From Burkholderiales bacterium (GTDB taxonomy: Bacteria; Pseudomonadota; Gammaproteobacteria; Burkholderiales; Burkholderiaceae_B): a stretch of 64,000 bases of DNA. Shown piece by piece: positions 63,495 to 64,000 of this stretch. The DNA is taken from assembly GCA_021299735.1 (NCBI GenBank), contig JAJTEM010000016.1:63479-127478 (forward strand), in the 5' to 3' direction. The notes below the pieces were generated by a model. The model worked only from the letters and a program-made list of their open reading frames with translations, had not been told where the DNA came from and did not search any database. Made by a program: the position numbers and the translations under genes. Positions within the stretch are counted from its first letter, which is position 1; each line of letters opens with the position of its first letter.

Positions 63495-64000
63495 TCAGGT
63501 ATTTTGAACCACAATCGACGGAAACTTCAAAGACATATCCTTTGACTGCTCTGCAATCCGAATGGCCACTTTGCGCGCAATTTCCTTGTAAGTTTTCGCC
63601 AAATCGCCGTCGGGATCAGCTACTACAGTGGGTTTGCCAGAATCTGCCTGCATGCGAATTCTCATGTCGAGCGGCAAACCTCCCAAGTAATGAATGTTGT
63701 AATCTTTGGCCATTTTCTGGCCGCCACCGTCGCCAAAAATATGTTCTTGGTGACCACAGTTTGTACACACATGAATGGCCATGTTTTCAACCAGGCCGAG
63801 AATGGGTACCCCCACCTTCTCGAACATCTTCAGACCTTTGCGTGCATCGAGCAAAGCGATGTCTTGAGGCGTGGTCACGATAACGGCACCGGTTACGGGT
63901 ACTTTTTGGGAAAGTGTTAACTGAATATCGCCAGTACCAGGTGGCATGTCAACAATCAGGTAATCCAGATCTTTCCAATTGGTTTGCTTCAACAATTGTT
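63495..64000 (-). CDS. apbC: Mrp/ApbC/NBP35-family Fe-S cluster carrier ATPase, C-terminal part; gene continues past the right edge
   Basis: It contains DYLIVDMPPGTGDIQLTL and the CxxC motif HVCTNCGH. The frame is open to the window end. Confidence 0.9.
   Translation of the reverse strand, partial: QLLKQTNWKDLDYLIVDMPPGTGDIQLTLSQKVPVTGAVIVTTPQDIALLDARKGLKMFEKVGVPILGLVENMAIHVCTNCGHQEHIFGDGGGQKMAKDYNIHYLGGLPLDMRIRMQADSGKPTVVADPDGDLAKTYKEIARKVAIRIAEQSKDMSLKFPSIVVQNT

Overview
This is a dense, mostly housekeeping chromosomal segment. Gene content and order point to a Burkholderiales-type betaproteobacterium of roughly 50-53% GC by eye; I cannot name the species. Supporting blocks are trxB / ftsK-lolA-rarA-serS, hemC-hemD/X-hemY, nadE-glnB, NUDIX-aat-bpt-pyrD, a phasin gene, hrpA, and argA-metC. 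I support about 60 protein genes, a tRNA-Ala(GGC)/tRNA-Glu(UUC) operon with its promoter and terminator, several rho-independent terminators and a few candidate operators. I found no CRISPR array, rRNA, transposase, integrase or prophage gene. I recognise no complete, obviously novel multi-gene system, and no single gene here can be called a new system with confidence. The best candidate is at 56.6-62.4 kb. There, three orphan genes sit among the conserved mrp / dcd / wing-domain decarboxylase genes: a secretion-chaperone/YbjN-like acidic protein, a rare-codon protein with two glycine-zipper hydrophobic hairpins, and a 352-aa protein apparently co-transcribed with the decarboxylase. Other items worth a second look:
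- rarA is broken by an internal out-of-frame deletion inside an otherwise intact, tightly coupled operon.
- The left edge carries a lower-GC NYN / GIY-YIG / unknown gene cluster.
- A PcfJ-like protein of unknown function lies at 28.5-29.7 kb.
- A tiny repeat-containing lipoprotein sits between the tRNA operon and an RND efflux operon.
- A TRAP transporter is split around a two-component system.
- nadE and glnB are translationally coupled.
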